From assembly GCA_963814375.1 (NCBI GenBank), contig CAWFCQ010000006.1, positions 160,001 through 224,000 of the forward strand: DNA of 64,000 bases, read 5' to 3'. The DNA is from an uncultured Chloroflexia bacterium. Its GTDB lineage: Bacteria > Chloroflexota > Limnocylindria > QHBO01. The notes under the pieces were generated by a model. It did no database searches. It was not told where the DNA came from and saw only the letters and a program-made list of their open reading frames with translations. Shown piece by piece: positions 1 through 8,585 of the stretch (position 1 is its first letter; every line of letters starts with the position of its first letter). A program made the translations under genes and the position numbers.

Positions 1-907
1 TCTCAAAGCCCTCGTAGCGGAGCTTGAGCTGCACCGATCCTGCGGCGAGGTCGTGGCGGCGCAGGCGGCTCGCCACCGACTCGGCGACATCGAGGAGGGT
101 CGCCTCGAGACGCCGCGGATCAACGGTGTCATGGTCGAAGGTGTGCTCGTGGCCCACGCTCTTCGCGACGTGGGTCGTCGCCACCCGCGATGGATCCTCG
201 CCACGTGCGCGTGCCGCCAGGTCGTCGCCATGGCGTCCGAAGCGGCGCCTCAAGGTGCCAGGCGGAATGGCGGCGAGCTGGCCGATCGTCGCCACTCCGT
301 AGTCGGCGAGCGCCGCCTGTGCCTGCGGCCCGACGCCCCAGAGGCGGCGTATCGGCAGCGGCGCCAGGAACGCCGCCTCCTCGCCGGGCGCGACGACGAC
401 GAGGGCGTTGGGCTTTCGGAGGTCCGATGCGACCTTTGCGCAGAGCTTGTTCGTGGCGACCCCGACGGAGACGACGAGCCCGACCTCGTCGAGGACCCGA
501 TCCTTGATCCGGCGCCCGATCTCGGCCGGGTCGCCGAAGGCCGCGGTGCTGGCCGAGACGTCGAGGAACGCCTCGTCGAGGCTGATCGGCTCAACCAGCG
601 GGGTGTAGTCGGCGAAGATGCGCATCACGCGGTCCGACAGCTCCCGATAGCGCTCAGGTCGACCCGGGAGGAACACGCCGTGCGGGCAGCGCCGCGCCGC
701 GGTTCGCAGCGGCATCGCCGAATGGACGCCGAACTCGCGCGCCTCGTATGAGGCTGCGCTGACCACGCCACGCTCGCCGGGCCTTCCGCCGACGATCACC
801 GGCTTGCCGCGCAGGGACGGATCGTCGAGCACTTCGACGCTGGCGTAGAACGCGTCGAGATCAGCGTGGATGATCGCTCGCCGGTTCAGCGCCGCTGGCG
901 GCGCCAT
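1..907 (-). CDS. dinB: DNA polymerase IV (Y-family), 3' end runs off the window
   Basis: Manual translation from ATG at 907: MAPPAALNRRAIIHADLDAFYASVEVLDDPSLRGKPVIVGG...VVSAASYEAREFGVHSAMP, the DinB N-terminal motifs. Missing from the ORF track because it is truncated. Confidence 0.95.
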   Translation of the reverse strand, partial: MAPPAALNRRAIIHADLDAFYASVEVLDDPSLRGKPVIVGGRPGERGVVSAASYEAREFGVHSAMPLRTAARRCPHGVFLPGRPERYRELSDRVMRIFADYTPLVEPISLDEAFLDVSASTAAFGDPAEIGRRIKDRVLDEVGLVVSVGVATNKLCAKVASDLRKPNALVVVAPGEEAAFLAPLPIRRLWGVGPQAQAALADYGVATIGQLAAIPPGTLRRRFGRHGDDLAARARGEDPSRVATTHVAKSVGHEHTFDHDTVDPRRLEATLLDVAESVASRLRRHDLAAGSVQLKLRYEGFE

Positions 908-914
908 GGGTCCG

Positions 915-1577
915 TCAGGAGAGCCGGCGTATGACGCCGACGACCTTGCCCTGGATCTGGACCTCGGTGGCGTAGATCGGCTCCATCTCGGCGTTGGCCG
1001 GCTGGAGGCGGATGCGATCCTGCTCACGGAAATAGCGCTTGAGGGTGACGCCGTTGTCCTCGAGCAGCGCGACGACGATGTCGCCGTCGCGCGCCGTGGC
1101 CTGCGGCTGGACGATGACGAAGTCGCCGTCATCGATCAGCGCGTCGATCATGCTCTTGCCGCGCACGCGCAGGACGTACGAATCCGCACGGGCATCCATC
1201 GACGCCGGGACCGCGAGGGTCTCCGACACGTCCTCGTACGCCTCGATCGGCTGGCCGGCGGCGATCTCTCCCATGACCGGCAGGTTCAGCGTCTCGCGCT
1301 CCACCGGCATGCGGAATGGGGTGACCTTGGACACATCCGCCGCCTGTGAGACGGCCTGGGGTCGGCCGGTCAGGCGCAGCGCACGAGATGAGTGGCTCCC
1401 GCGCTCGAGCAGACCGTCGCGTTCCAGGGCGATGAGGTGATGGTGTACCGCGCTGGTCGAGGCGAGGCCCACGGCGTCCGCGATCTCCCGAACCGAAGGC
1501 GGATAACCGCGCTCCTCGACGGTCCGCGCGATGCAGTCGAGAATGCGCTGACGGCGCTCGACATCATGTCTGGTCAA
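915..1577 (-). CDS. lexA: SOS repressor LexA
   Basis: GYPPSVREIA HTH, IAAG cleavage site, GKSM catalytic Ser, VTLKR catalytic Lys. Likely TTG start at 1577 after a GGAG SD (ORF track starts at 1604). Confidence 0.96.
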   Translation of the reverse strand: MTRHDVERRQRILDCIARTVEERGYPPSVREIADAVGLASTSAVHHHLIALERDGLLERGSHSSRALRLTGRPQAVSQAADVSKVTPFRMPVERETLNLPVMGEIAAGQPIEAYEDVSETLAVPASMDARADSYVLRVRGKSMIDALIDDGDFVIVQPQATARDGDIVVALLEDNGVTLKRYFREQDRIRLQPANAEMEPIYATEVQIQGKVVGVIRRLS

Positions 1578-1602
1578 CGAATTGCTCCGCTCATCGCGAA
1601 GC

Positions 1603-1632
1603 ACGCTAGCAGAACGGATGTTCTATTGTCAA
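1603..1632 (-). promoter_or_regulatory. lexA promoter with SOS box AGAAC-N4-GTTCT (1611-1624) between -35 TTGACA and -10 TAGCGT
   Basis: Perfect GAAC-N4-GTTC palindrome lying in the 18-bp spacer of a sigma70-like promoter pointing at lexA. Confidence 0.88.
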
Positions 1633-1696
1633 ACCGATGGCGCCGCGCGCTCTGCTATCATGCCGGGCCCATCCCAACCACAGGCAAGAGGCCTGC

Positions 1697-2185
1697 GTGA
1701 TCCTGTCCAGAACGACGCGCTACTTCAGCTTGGCGCGCATCCTCCTCAAGCTTCCGATCTACGTGCGCGTGGTCTGGGGCATCATGCGCGACCCGCGCAC
1801 ACCGATCGGCCTCAAGGGAATGCTGGCCGCCGCGCTGGCGTACGTCGTCATGCCCGTGGACCTGGTACCCGACACCTTCCCCATCGTCGGCCAGGCCGAT
1901 GACCTCACGATCCTGCTGCTGGTGCTGGACACGTTCATTCAGAATGCGCCGGTCGAGGTCCGGATCGAGCATGCGACGCGCGCCAGGAACGGCACCGCCG
2001 ACCTCGATCGTGATCTCGAGCGAATGCGTGCCCTGCTGGGCCACCGGTTCGACCAGATTCGCGACAACCTGCCCGAGCTGCTGGAGCGATACGGACGGCT
2101 GCGTGACCCGGACGGGCTGAAGCAGGCGCTGGCCGAGTGGCGCCGCCGCCGCACGGCATCCACCCCGACGAAGGAGCTCGAATGA
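1697..2185 (+). CDS. YkvA/DUF1232 family membrane protein
   Basis: ALAYVVMPVDLVPDTFPIVGQADD matches the DUF1232 signature. GTG start at 1697; extended -10 TGcTATCAT at 1653-1661. Confidence 0.85.
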   Translation: MILSRTTRYFSLARILLKLPIYVRVVWGIMRDPRTPIGLKGMLAAALAYVVMPVDLVPDTFPIVGQADDLTILLLVLDTFIQNAPVEVRIEHATRARNGTADLDRDLERMRALLGHRFDQIRDNLPELLERYGRLRDPDGLKQALAEWRRRRTASTPTKELE

Positions 2186-2631
2186 AGGTCATCCTCAAGC
2201 GTGACGTGAAGGGCCTCGGTCGCGACGGCGACATGAAGGAGGTCAAGGACGGCTACGCGCGGAACTTCCTGCTGCCGACCGGCGCGGCGGTGATCGCCGA
2301 CAAGGGCGCGGTCGCGAACTGGGAGCGACACCGCGACCAGCGCGAGGAGCGCGACCGATCCGTGCGTGCCCACGCGGACGCAACTGCCGAGAAGCTGCGA
2401 GAGCTCAAGCTCGTCGTGCCGGTCAAGGCCGGGGAGCGCGGCCGCCTCTTCGGCGCCGTCACCTCCCATCAGATCAACGACCTCATCAACCGGGAGGGGA
2501 TCGACCTCGATCGGCATGCCCTTCACCTGCGCGAGCCGATCAAGACGCTGGGCGACTACAAGATCGACGTGCGCATCATGCCCGGCGTCGAAGCCGTGGT
2601 CGCCGTGAGCGTGGTGGCCGCCGAGTCGTAG
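2182..2631 (+). CDS. rplI: 50S ribosomal protein L9
   Basis: MKVILKRDVKGLGRDGDMKEVKDGYARNFLLP and GRLFGAVT motifs; AAGGAG SD. Confidence 0.97.
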   Translation: MKVILKRDVKGLGRDGDMKEVKDGYARNFLLPTGAAVIADKGAVANWERHRDQREERDRSVRAHADATAEKLRELKLVVPVKAGERGRLFGAVTSHQINDLINREGIDLDRHALHLREPIKTLGDYKIDVRIMPGVEAVVAVSVVAAES

Positions 2632-2633
2632 GC

Positions 2634-3041
2634 GTGGATCCTCGGGAGGCCGCGCGCCTCTGGGCAAAGGCGTGGAAGGACGGCTGGGAGGCGCTCGATC
2701 CTGAGCCGATCATGGCCCGCTACGCCCCGCGTGCCGTTCACTTCACCGAGCCATTCCGTGATCCGGCGCGCGATGCCGGCGACGTCCGCGCCTACGTCGA
2801 GCGCGTGTTCGGGGAGGAGGACGATCCACGTGTGTGGATCGGCGAGCCGATCGTCGACGGCGATCGCGCCGCGATCACGTGGTGGGCTTCACTACGGGAA
2901 GCGGGGGCCGACTCGACGCTCGCGGGTACCTCGGTCATTCGTTTCGACGCAGACGGATTGGTCGTGGAGCAATGGGACGCCTGGAACCATCTCGCCGATC
3001 GTCGCGAGCCGCCGGACTGGAGCCCGTTCACCGACCGATAG
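2634..3041 (+). CDS. SnoaL-like / NTF2 family protein
   Basis: 135 aa; WAKAW...YAPRAVH...DGDRAAITW...GTSVIRFDADGLVVEQWDAW pattern. Confidence 0.8.
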   Translation: MDPREAARLWAKAWKDGWEALDPEPIMARYAPRAVHFTEPFRDPARDAGDVRAYVERVFGEEDDPRVWIGEPIVDGDRAAITWWASLREAGADSTLAGTSVIRFDADGLVVEQWDAWNHLADRREPPDWSPFTDR

Positions 3042-3120
3042 ATCGACGCCGAGAAACCGCCGCGACAGGCGAGCTGTCGCGAAATCGGACGGTAATCGGC
3101 GGGTAAGCCGCCGGTGAGTA

Positions 3121-3187
3121 CCGTCCACATGCCGTCCACACCCAAATTGTGCGGTTGGGGGATAACCCCGCTCAGTCGGGGGAAAAC
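3121..3187. promoter_or_regulatory. Cluster of degenerate DnaA-box-like 9-mers upstream of dnaB
   Basis: CCGTCCACA twice (3121, 3132) and reverse-strand TTATCCCCC / TTTTCCCCC (about 3157-3165 and 3178-3186), compared with consensus TTATCCACA. Confidence 0.5.
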
Positions 3188-3351
3188 TGGTTGTCGGGCA
3201 GATCCGGCGGCCGCAGGATGGGTGTGCGCCCGGTTCCCGACGGTCCCCATCAGATCGGACCGGCCGGGCGCTCCGCTCGCCTCGAAAACCACAGGAGCCT
3301 GCCTCGCCGTGCCCGCCCTCGGCCTGAGATGACCACATCACGAGTCCGCCG

Positions 3352-4698
3352 ATGAGCCTCGACAAGCTCGCCCCGCAGGCAGTCGAGGCGGAGCAGAGCG
3401 TTCTCGGCTCGATCCTCATCGACGCGGACGCCGTCCTCCGCGTCGCCGACTTCCTCAAGCCCGGCGACTTCTACCGATCGCAGCACGGCGACATCTACGA
3501 GGCGATGCTCGCGCTCCACGGCCAGCGCGAGCCGATCGACCTCGTCACCCTGGGCGACGAGCTGCGACGCCGCGACCGTCTCGACGAGGTCGGCGGTCCG
3601 GCGTATCTGTCGAGCCTCATGAACACCGTGCCGACCGCGGTGCATGCCGAGCAGTACGCGCGCATCGTCGAGCGCAAGGCGGTGCTGCGCAACCTCATCG
3701 GCGCGGCCGGAAAGATCGCGGCCGTCGGGTACGAGGAGGCCAACGACGCCGAGGTCGCCATCGACCGGGCCGAGTCGATCCTCTTCGAGATCAGCCAGCG
3801 GCGCACCGACGGTGGGTTCCAGGCGCTCTCGATCCTGCTCGGCCAGGCCTACGACCGCCTCGAGTACCTGCATGAGCACCGCGGACAGATCCTCGGCGTC
3901 CCCACCGGGCTGGCCCAGCTCGACGCGCTGCTCGGCGGGCTCCAGCCGTCCGACCTCATCATCCTGGCCGCGCGCCCATCGGTGGGAAAGACATCGCTGG
4001 CGCTCAACGTCGGCCAGAACGCGGCGGTACGCGAGGGCAAGAAGGTCGCGATCTTCAGCCTCGAGATGAGCCGCGAACAGCTCGCGCTCCGCCTGCTCAG
4101 CGCCGAGACCGGCATCAATCCGCGGCCGCTCCAGACCGGATTCGTCGACGAGACCGACTGGAGCAAGATCGCGACGGTCATGAACGACATGGCCACCGCA
4201 CCGATGTGGATCGACGACTCCGCCGCGCTCTCCGTCATGGAGCTGCGCACGAAGGCCCGCCGGCTGGAGGCGGAGCAGCATGGGCTCGACCTGATCGTCG
4301 TCGACTACCTCCAGCTGATGCAGTCGTCGACGCCGAACAAGGACAACAACCGCGTCCAGGAGGTGAGCGAGATCAGCCGCGGCCTGAAGCAGCTGGCCCG
4401 CGAGCTGAAGGTGCCGGTCCTCGCTCTCTCGCAGCTCAGCCGTGGCGTTGAGCAGCGCGGCTCGGCCGAGCCGCGCCTGAGCGACCTTCGTGAATCGGGC
4501 TCGATCGAGCAGGATGCTGACGTCGTGGTGTTCCTCTACCGCGACGGCGAGCAGAACGCCGAGGCGGAGGTCGAGCTCATCAAGGCGAAGGTCGCCAAGC
4601 ACCGCAACGGACCGATCGGCGAGGTGCCGCTCCAGTTCCGGAAGGCCAACACCCGCTTCTACACGGTGGCCGCCCGCGAGGAGATTGCCGCCTACTGA
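3352..4698 (+). CDS. dnaB: Replicative DNA helicase
   Basis: PQAVEAEQSVLG, ARPSVGKT Walker A, FSLEM, VVDYLQL, LSQLSR, DLRESGSIEQDAD, KHRNGP. Confidence 0.98.
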   Translation: MSLDKLAPQAVEAEQSVLGSILIDADAVLRVADFLKPGDFYRSQHGDIYEAMLALHGQREPIDLVTLGDELRRRDRLDEVGGPAYLSSLMNTVPTAVHAEQYARIVERKAVLRNLIGAAGKIAAVGYEEANDAEVAIDRAESILFEISQRRTDGGFQALSILLGQAYDRLEYLHEHRGQILGVPTGLAQLDALLGGLQPSDLIILAARPSVGKTSLALNVGQNAAVREGKKVAIFSLEMSREQLALRLLSAETGINPRPLQTGFVDETDWSKIATVMNDMATAPMWIDDSAALSVMELRTKARRLEAEQHGLDLIVVDYLQLMQSSTPNKDNNRVQEVSEISRGLKQLARELKVPVLALSQLSRGVEQRGSAEPRLSDLRESGSIEQDADVVVFLYRDGEQNAEAEVELIKAKVAKHRNGPIGEVPLQFRKANTRFYTVAAREEIAAY

Positions 4699-4728
4699 GG
4701 GCTTGAAATCGGGGTGTACACTCCGCGC

Positions 4729-4865
4729 CAATACGACCGACCCAGCTGCAATCTGCCCGAATTCGGGGAGTCGCGAGCCCGGTGCTCGCGGCTCCTGTGA
4801 ATCTCGACAGATCGCGAGTCGTCCACGAGAGGGCCGGGCGTTCGAGACAGGAGGCACTGGGAAGG
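4729..4865 (+). ncRNA. Candidate structured 5' leader RNA of the zinc-ribbon gene
   Basis: -10 TACACT at 4717-4722; 12-bp hairpin at 4767-4795; CCCAGCTGC (4741-4749) can pair with GCACTGGG (4854-4861) next to the SD. Confidence 0.4.
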
Positions 4866-5174
4866 GTGTACGCCGACAAGACCATCCACTGTCGTGACTG
4901 TGGGATGGACTTCGTCTTCTCCGCCGGCGAGCAGGAGTTCTACGCCAGCAAGGGGCTGATGAACGAGCCTCAGCGCTGCCAGAGCTGCCGCGCCGTCGCC
5001 AAGCAGAACCGCGCGCTGGGGATCGGCTCCGGCAACGGGAACGGGGGCCAGCGGGAGATGCACGCAGCCGTGTGCGCCGAATGCGGCGGCCAGGCGCTCG
5101 TGCCGTTCCTCCCTCGCAACGATCGACCGGTCTACTGCTCCAACTGCTTCGACAAGGTGCGTGCCCGGGCCTGA
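4866..5174 (+). CDS. Zinc-ribbon protein (zf-trcl N-terminal domain plus CxxC-x17-CxxC domain)
   Basis: YADKTIHCRDCGMDFVFSAGEQEFYASKGLMNEPQRCQSCR and REMHAAVCAECG...VPFLPRNDRPVYCSNCF. Confidence 0.92.
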   Translation: MYADKTIHCRDCGMDFVFSAGEQEFYASKGLMNEPQRCQSCRAVAKQNRALGIGSGNGNGGQREMHAAVCAECGGQALVPFLPRNDRPVYCSNCFDKVRARA

Positions 5175-5198
5175 CCTCGAGCCCCGGATCCAAACACC

Positions 5199-5226
5199 GA
5201 CGCCGCCCCGAGTGGGCGGCGTTTTT
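5199..5226 (+). terminator. Rho-independent terminator
   Basis: GACGCCGCCC-CGAGT-GGGCGGCGTT stem followed by a T-run, just after the zinc-ribbon gene. Confidence 0.85.
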
Positions 5227-5320
5227 CGTGTCGTGCCGAGACCAATGCCCGGCGCAACCGTTGCGCCCGAGCGGCTAGGATGGATTCCCTCCCCGCACAC
5301 GAGGTCGCCGCCGTCGCGTC

Positions 5321-6625
5321 ATGTCCGTCACCGCCGTCGTCGGGGCGCAATGGGGGGACGAGGGCAAGGGCCGCGTCGTCGACTACCTGGCCGCCGATGC
5401 CGACCTCGTCATCCGGTATGGCGGCGGCAACAATGCCGGCCACACGGTCGTCAACCCGCACGGCCAGTTCAAGCTCCACCTGATTCCGTCCGGCATCTTC
5501 TCGCAGGGGACCCGCAACCTCCTGGGCAATGGTGTGGTGATCAACCCGCCCGCCCTGGTCACCGAGCTCGACGGCCTCGCCGCCTCCGGCATCGGCTGCG
5601 ACAACCTGCTCATCAGCGACCGGGCACACCTGGTCATGCCCTATCACGTCCTCATCGACCAGCTCGAGGAACGCGAGCGGGGCGCGAAGAAGCTCGGCAC
5701 GACCTCGCGCGGGATCGGGCCTGCCTACGTCGACAAGGTCGCCCGGCGCGGGATTCGCGTGGTCGACCTGATGGAGCCTGCGGTCTTCCGCGCGCGGCTC
5801 GACGCAGCGCTGCCGAGGGTGACGCGGGCCGTCGACGCTCATCGTGGCGCCGATGCAGAGCTCGACGCGGCGATCGACCAGGCGACAGACGCCGATGCGA
5901 TCGCGGGTGCCTACCTGGCCGCCGGCGACCGGCTTCGGCCGTATGTGACCGATGGGCAGGCGGTGGTCGACGAGGCTCTCGATCGCGGGGACAGGATCCT
6001 GCTCGAGGGTCAGCTGGGCACGATGCGCGACATCGACTGGGGCGTCTATCCCTACGTGACCAGCTCGAGCCCCATCCCCGGCGGGGCCAGCCTGGGCGCC
6101 GGGCTGCCCGCGGTCCGCATCGATCGCGTCCTCGGGGTGGCGAAGGCCTACACCACGGCGGTCGGCGCCGGACCAGTGCCGACCGAGCTCGAGGGTGAGG
6201 AGGCCGAGCGCCTGCGGGAGCGGGGTGCCGAGTACGGGACCTCGACCGGACGTCCGCGCCGATGCGGCTGGTACGACGCAGTTGCCGTGCACTTCAGCGT
6301 CCGCCTGGCTGGCTACTCGAGCATCGCGCTCACCAAGCTCGATGTGCTCGACGAGTACGAGTCGATCCGCGTCGGCACCGCCTACCGCGATCCTGCCGAC
6401 GGGCGCGAGTGGACGACCGTTCCGGCGTCCACATCGGTCTACGAGCGCCTCGAGCCGGTGTACGAGGAGCTTCCGGGCTGGCAGGCCGATACGACCGCCT
6501 GCCGCTCATGGGACGACCTGCCCGCCGCGGCCTGCGCGTACGTGGAGCGGCTCGAGGCGCTGGCAGGGGTCCCGATCTCGCACGTAAGCGTCGGACCCGA
6601 GCGCGCGCAGATGATCGTTCGCTGA
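5321..6625 (+). CDS. purA: Adenylosuccinate synthetase
   Basis: GAQWGDEGKG, GGNNAGHT, LHLIPSG, GTTSRGIGPAY, EYGTSTGRPRRCGW, TKLDVL. Confidence 0.98.
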   Translation: MSVTAVVGAQWGDEGKGRVVDYLAADADLVIRYGGGNNAGHTVVNPHGQFKLHLIPSGIFSQGTRNLLGNGVVINPPALVTELDGLAASGIGCDNLLISDRAHLVMPYHVLIDQLEERERGAKKLGTTSRGIGPAYVDKVARRGIRVVDLMEPAVFRARLDAALPRVTRAVDAHRGADAELDAAIDQATDADAIAGAYLAAGDRLRPYVTDGQAVVDEALDRGDRILLEGQLGTMRDIDWGVYPYVTSSSPIPGGASLGAGLPAVRIDRVLGVAKAYTTAVGAGPVPTELEGEEAERLRERGAEYGTSTGRPRRCGWYDAVAVHFSVRLAGYSSIALTKLDVLDEYESIRVGTAYRDPADGREWTTVPASTSVYERLEPVYEELPGWQADTTACRSWDDLPAAACAYVERLEALAGVPISHVSVGPERAQMIVR

Positions 6626-6637
6626 GGAGGTGTCGCG

Positions 6638-7537
6638 ATGAAGCTTGGAGTCATCGTTCCCCAGGGCTGGACCGGCGACTTCGACGGATGGGAGTCCGAG
6701 CGCGCCTGGCAGCGAACGGTGGCGGTAGCGCAGCAGGCGGAGCGCATCGGGGCCGAGTCGATCTGGCTGTTCGACCACTTCCACACCGTCCCGCGCCCGA
6801 CCGACGAGATCACCTTCGAGTCGTTCACTTCGCTGAGCGCACTCGCGGCCCTGACGAGCCGGGTGCGCCTCGGGCACATCGTCATCTGCAACGGATTCCG
6901 GAACCCGGCACTCACCGCCAAGATGGCATCGACGATCGACACCATCAGCGGCGGCCGATTCGAGCTCGGGATCGGCGCCGGATGGAAGCGCGAGGAATGG
7001 CTCGCCTACGGCTACGGATTCCCGGAGACCGCCGAGCGGCTGGCGATGCTTCACGACGCGCTGGAGGTCATCAGTCGAATGCTCGAGCCGGGACGCTCGA
7101 CCCGCGCCACCTACGAGGGAAAACACCATTCGGTCGGCGGTGCGCGCAACCTGCCGAAGCCGATACAGCCCTCCGGCATGCCGATCATGGTCGGCGGCAA
7201 CGGGCCGAACGTGACGTGGCGCCTGGCGGCGCGCTATGCCGACGAGCTCAACCTCGACGGCATGTCGCCGGAAGAGGTGGGCGCGGCACTGCCGACGATC
7301 CGGGCACGCTGCGACGAGATCGATCGCGATCCCGACTCGCTGGCCGTCTCAGTCCACGTCTGGTGGGGCACGCCGGAGTGGCGTGAGGCGGGGGACGGAC
7401 GGCGCCGATTGCTCAGCGACTATGCCGAGCTGGGAGTGTCGCGGGTCATCGGCCTGCTCCAGGCATCCGCCGAGTCCGACGACGTGCTCGAGAAGCTCGC
7501 GGATGACGCGCGCTCCGCGGGGATCGAACTGGACTGA
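6638..7537 (+). CDS. LLM class flavin/F420-dependent oxidoreductase
   Basis: WLFDHFH, FRNPALTAKMASTIDTISGGRFELGIGAGW, PIMVGGNG; resembles the F420-dependent LLM subfamily. Confidence 0.88.
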   Translation: MKLGVIVPQGWTGDFDGWESERAWQRTVAVAQQAERIGAESIWLFDHFHTVPRPTDEITFESFTSLSALAALTSRVRLGHIVICNGFRNPALTAKMASTIDTISGGRFELGIGAGWKREEWLAYGYGFPETAERLAMLHDALEVISRMLEPGRSTRATYEGKHHSVGGARNLPKPIQPSGMPIMVGGNGPNVTWRLAARYADELNLDGMSPEEVGAALPTIRARCDEIDRDPDSLAVSVHVWWGTPEWREAGDGRRRLLSDYAELGVSRVIGLLQASAESDDVLEKLADDARSAGIELD

Positions 7538-7539
7538 GC

Positions 7540-8460
7540 TCAGGTCGCCGGCGCGAGCTCCTCGCGCAGCGTGGAGATCGCGTCCCGTAGGTTCTGGGGC
7601 AGGATGAGCGCACCGGTCGCGGACATCCGTGTGGCTTCGTCGCCGCCCACGGCAAGGGGCATCCCCGGCCGCGACGAACGAAGCGCGTCGATCACCGCGC
7701 GCGCGCGTCCGACGTCAGCGCGCGTCGGGACGCCGATCACGGCGGCAATTGCATCGCGTTCGACCGCGGCCGTCGCCCAGCTCTCGGCCGGCAGGTCGGG
7801 CCCGAGATACAGCACCGACAAACCGGCGCGTCGCGCGGCGACCGCGAAGGCGAGGGCTCCGAGCTCGTGTCGCGCGCCAGGGCCAAGGCCGATGAGGATC
7901 GGCTGTTCGGCGACCGAGTCACCGGCGGCCTCATAGGCCATCGCCAGCCGGCGCAGCACCGCGTGGCTCGCCGCGTGCTCTCCGGCGACGCTCACGTCCC
8001 CCCGTTCCCATGCGTCACCGAGGGCGTGCAGCGCCGGCATCAGCACACCATCGGCGACGACCTCGAAGCGAGCGGCAGAGAAGGCCTCGTCAAGCGTGGC
8101 CTCGATGGCAGGTGCGTCGATCGACCTGGCGGCCTCGACGAATCGGCCGATGAGCTCGTCGGTCGTCGATGGATCGAACGGCATCGTCCCGGGCGTCGCC
8201 TCGGGGTGCACCCCGGCTTCGGCAACCTGCGGAAGCTCATCGTCCGGCAAGGTGCGGACCCGCTCGGCCGCCTGCTGAGCTGACCAGCCATTCGAGATGA
8301 GGTCCCGCATCGCGCGCAGGCGGTTGATGGCGACGTCGTCGTAGACGCGGTAGCCCGACGCGGTGCGCGTCGGAACGACGACGCCGTAGCGACGCTCCCA
8401 CGCCCTGAGCAGCGGGATCCCCACGCCGCTGCGGACCGACGCCTCTTTGATGGTGTACAT
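7540..8460 (-). CDS. MerR-family cobalamin-binding regulator (CarH/LitR-like photoreceptor)
   Basis: N-terminal MerR HTH (LLRAWERRYGVVVPTRTASGYRVY), W-x9-EH motif (WERGDVSVAGEH), B12-binding xxHELG, C-terminal GG. Confidence 0.9.
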   Translation of the reverse strand: MYTIKEASVRSGVGIPLLRAWERRYGVVVPTRTASGYRVYDDVAINRLRAMRDLISNGWSAQQAAERVRTLPDDELPQVAEAGVHPEATPGTMPFDPSTTDELIGRFVEAARSIDAPAIEATLDEAFSAARFEVVADGVLMPALHALGDAWERGDVSVAGEHAASHAVLRRLAMAYEAAGDSVAEQPILIGLGPGARHELGALAFAVAARRAGLSVLYLGPDLPAESWATAAVERDAIAAVIGVPTRADVGRARAVIDALRSSRPGMPLAVGGDEATRMSATGALILPQNLRDAISTLREELAPAT

Positions 8461-8469
8461 GCTTCGTTG

Positions 8470-8531
8470 ATCGTACTACCTGAACAGACTCTTGACAAGA
8501 CGTCAGACAAGGTCTATACAGACTCTATACA
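8470..8531. promoter_or_regulatory. Divergent overlapping promoters with a CarH-type operator (five phased ACA-core direct repeats)
   Basis: ACA cores at 8484, 8495, 8507, 8518 and 8529 (spacing 11, 12, 11, 11). Plus strand TTGACA-17-TATACA (8492-8520); minus strand TTGTCA-17-TACGAT (8498-8470). Confidence 0.85.
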
Positions 8532-8585
8532 TTGACCCGCGACACTCGTCACGGGCAAACCGCTCGAAACAGGAGAACAGACTCA

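Noticed and set aside
3042-3351. Replication origin oriC
   Set aside because: The boxes are degenerate, there is no AT-rich unwinding element, and dnaA/dnaN are not adjacent.
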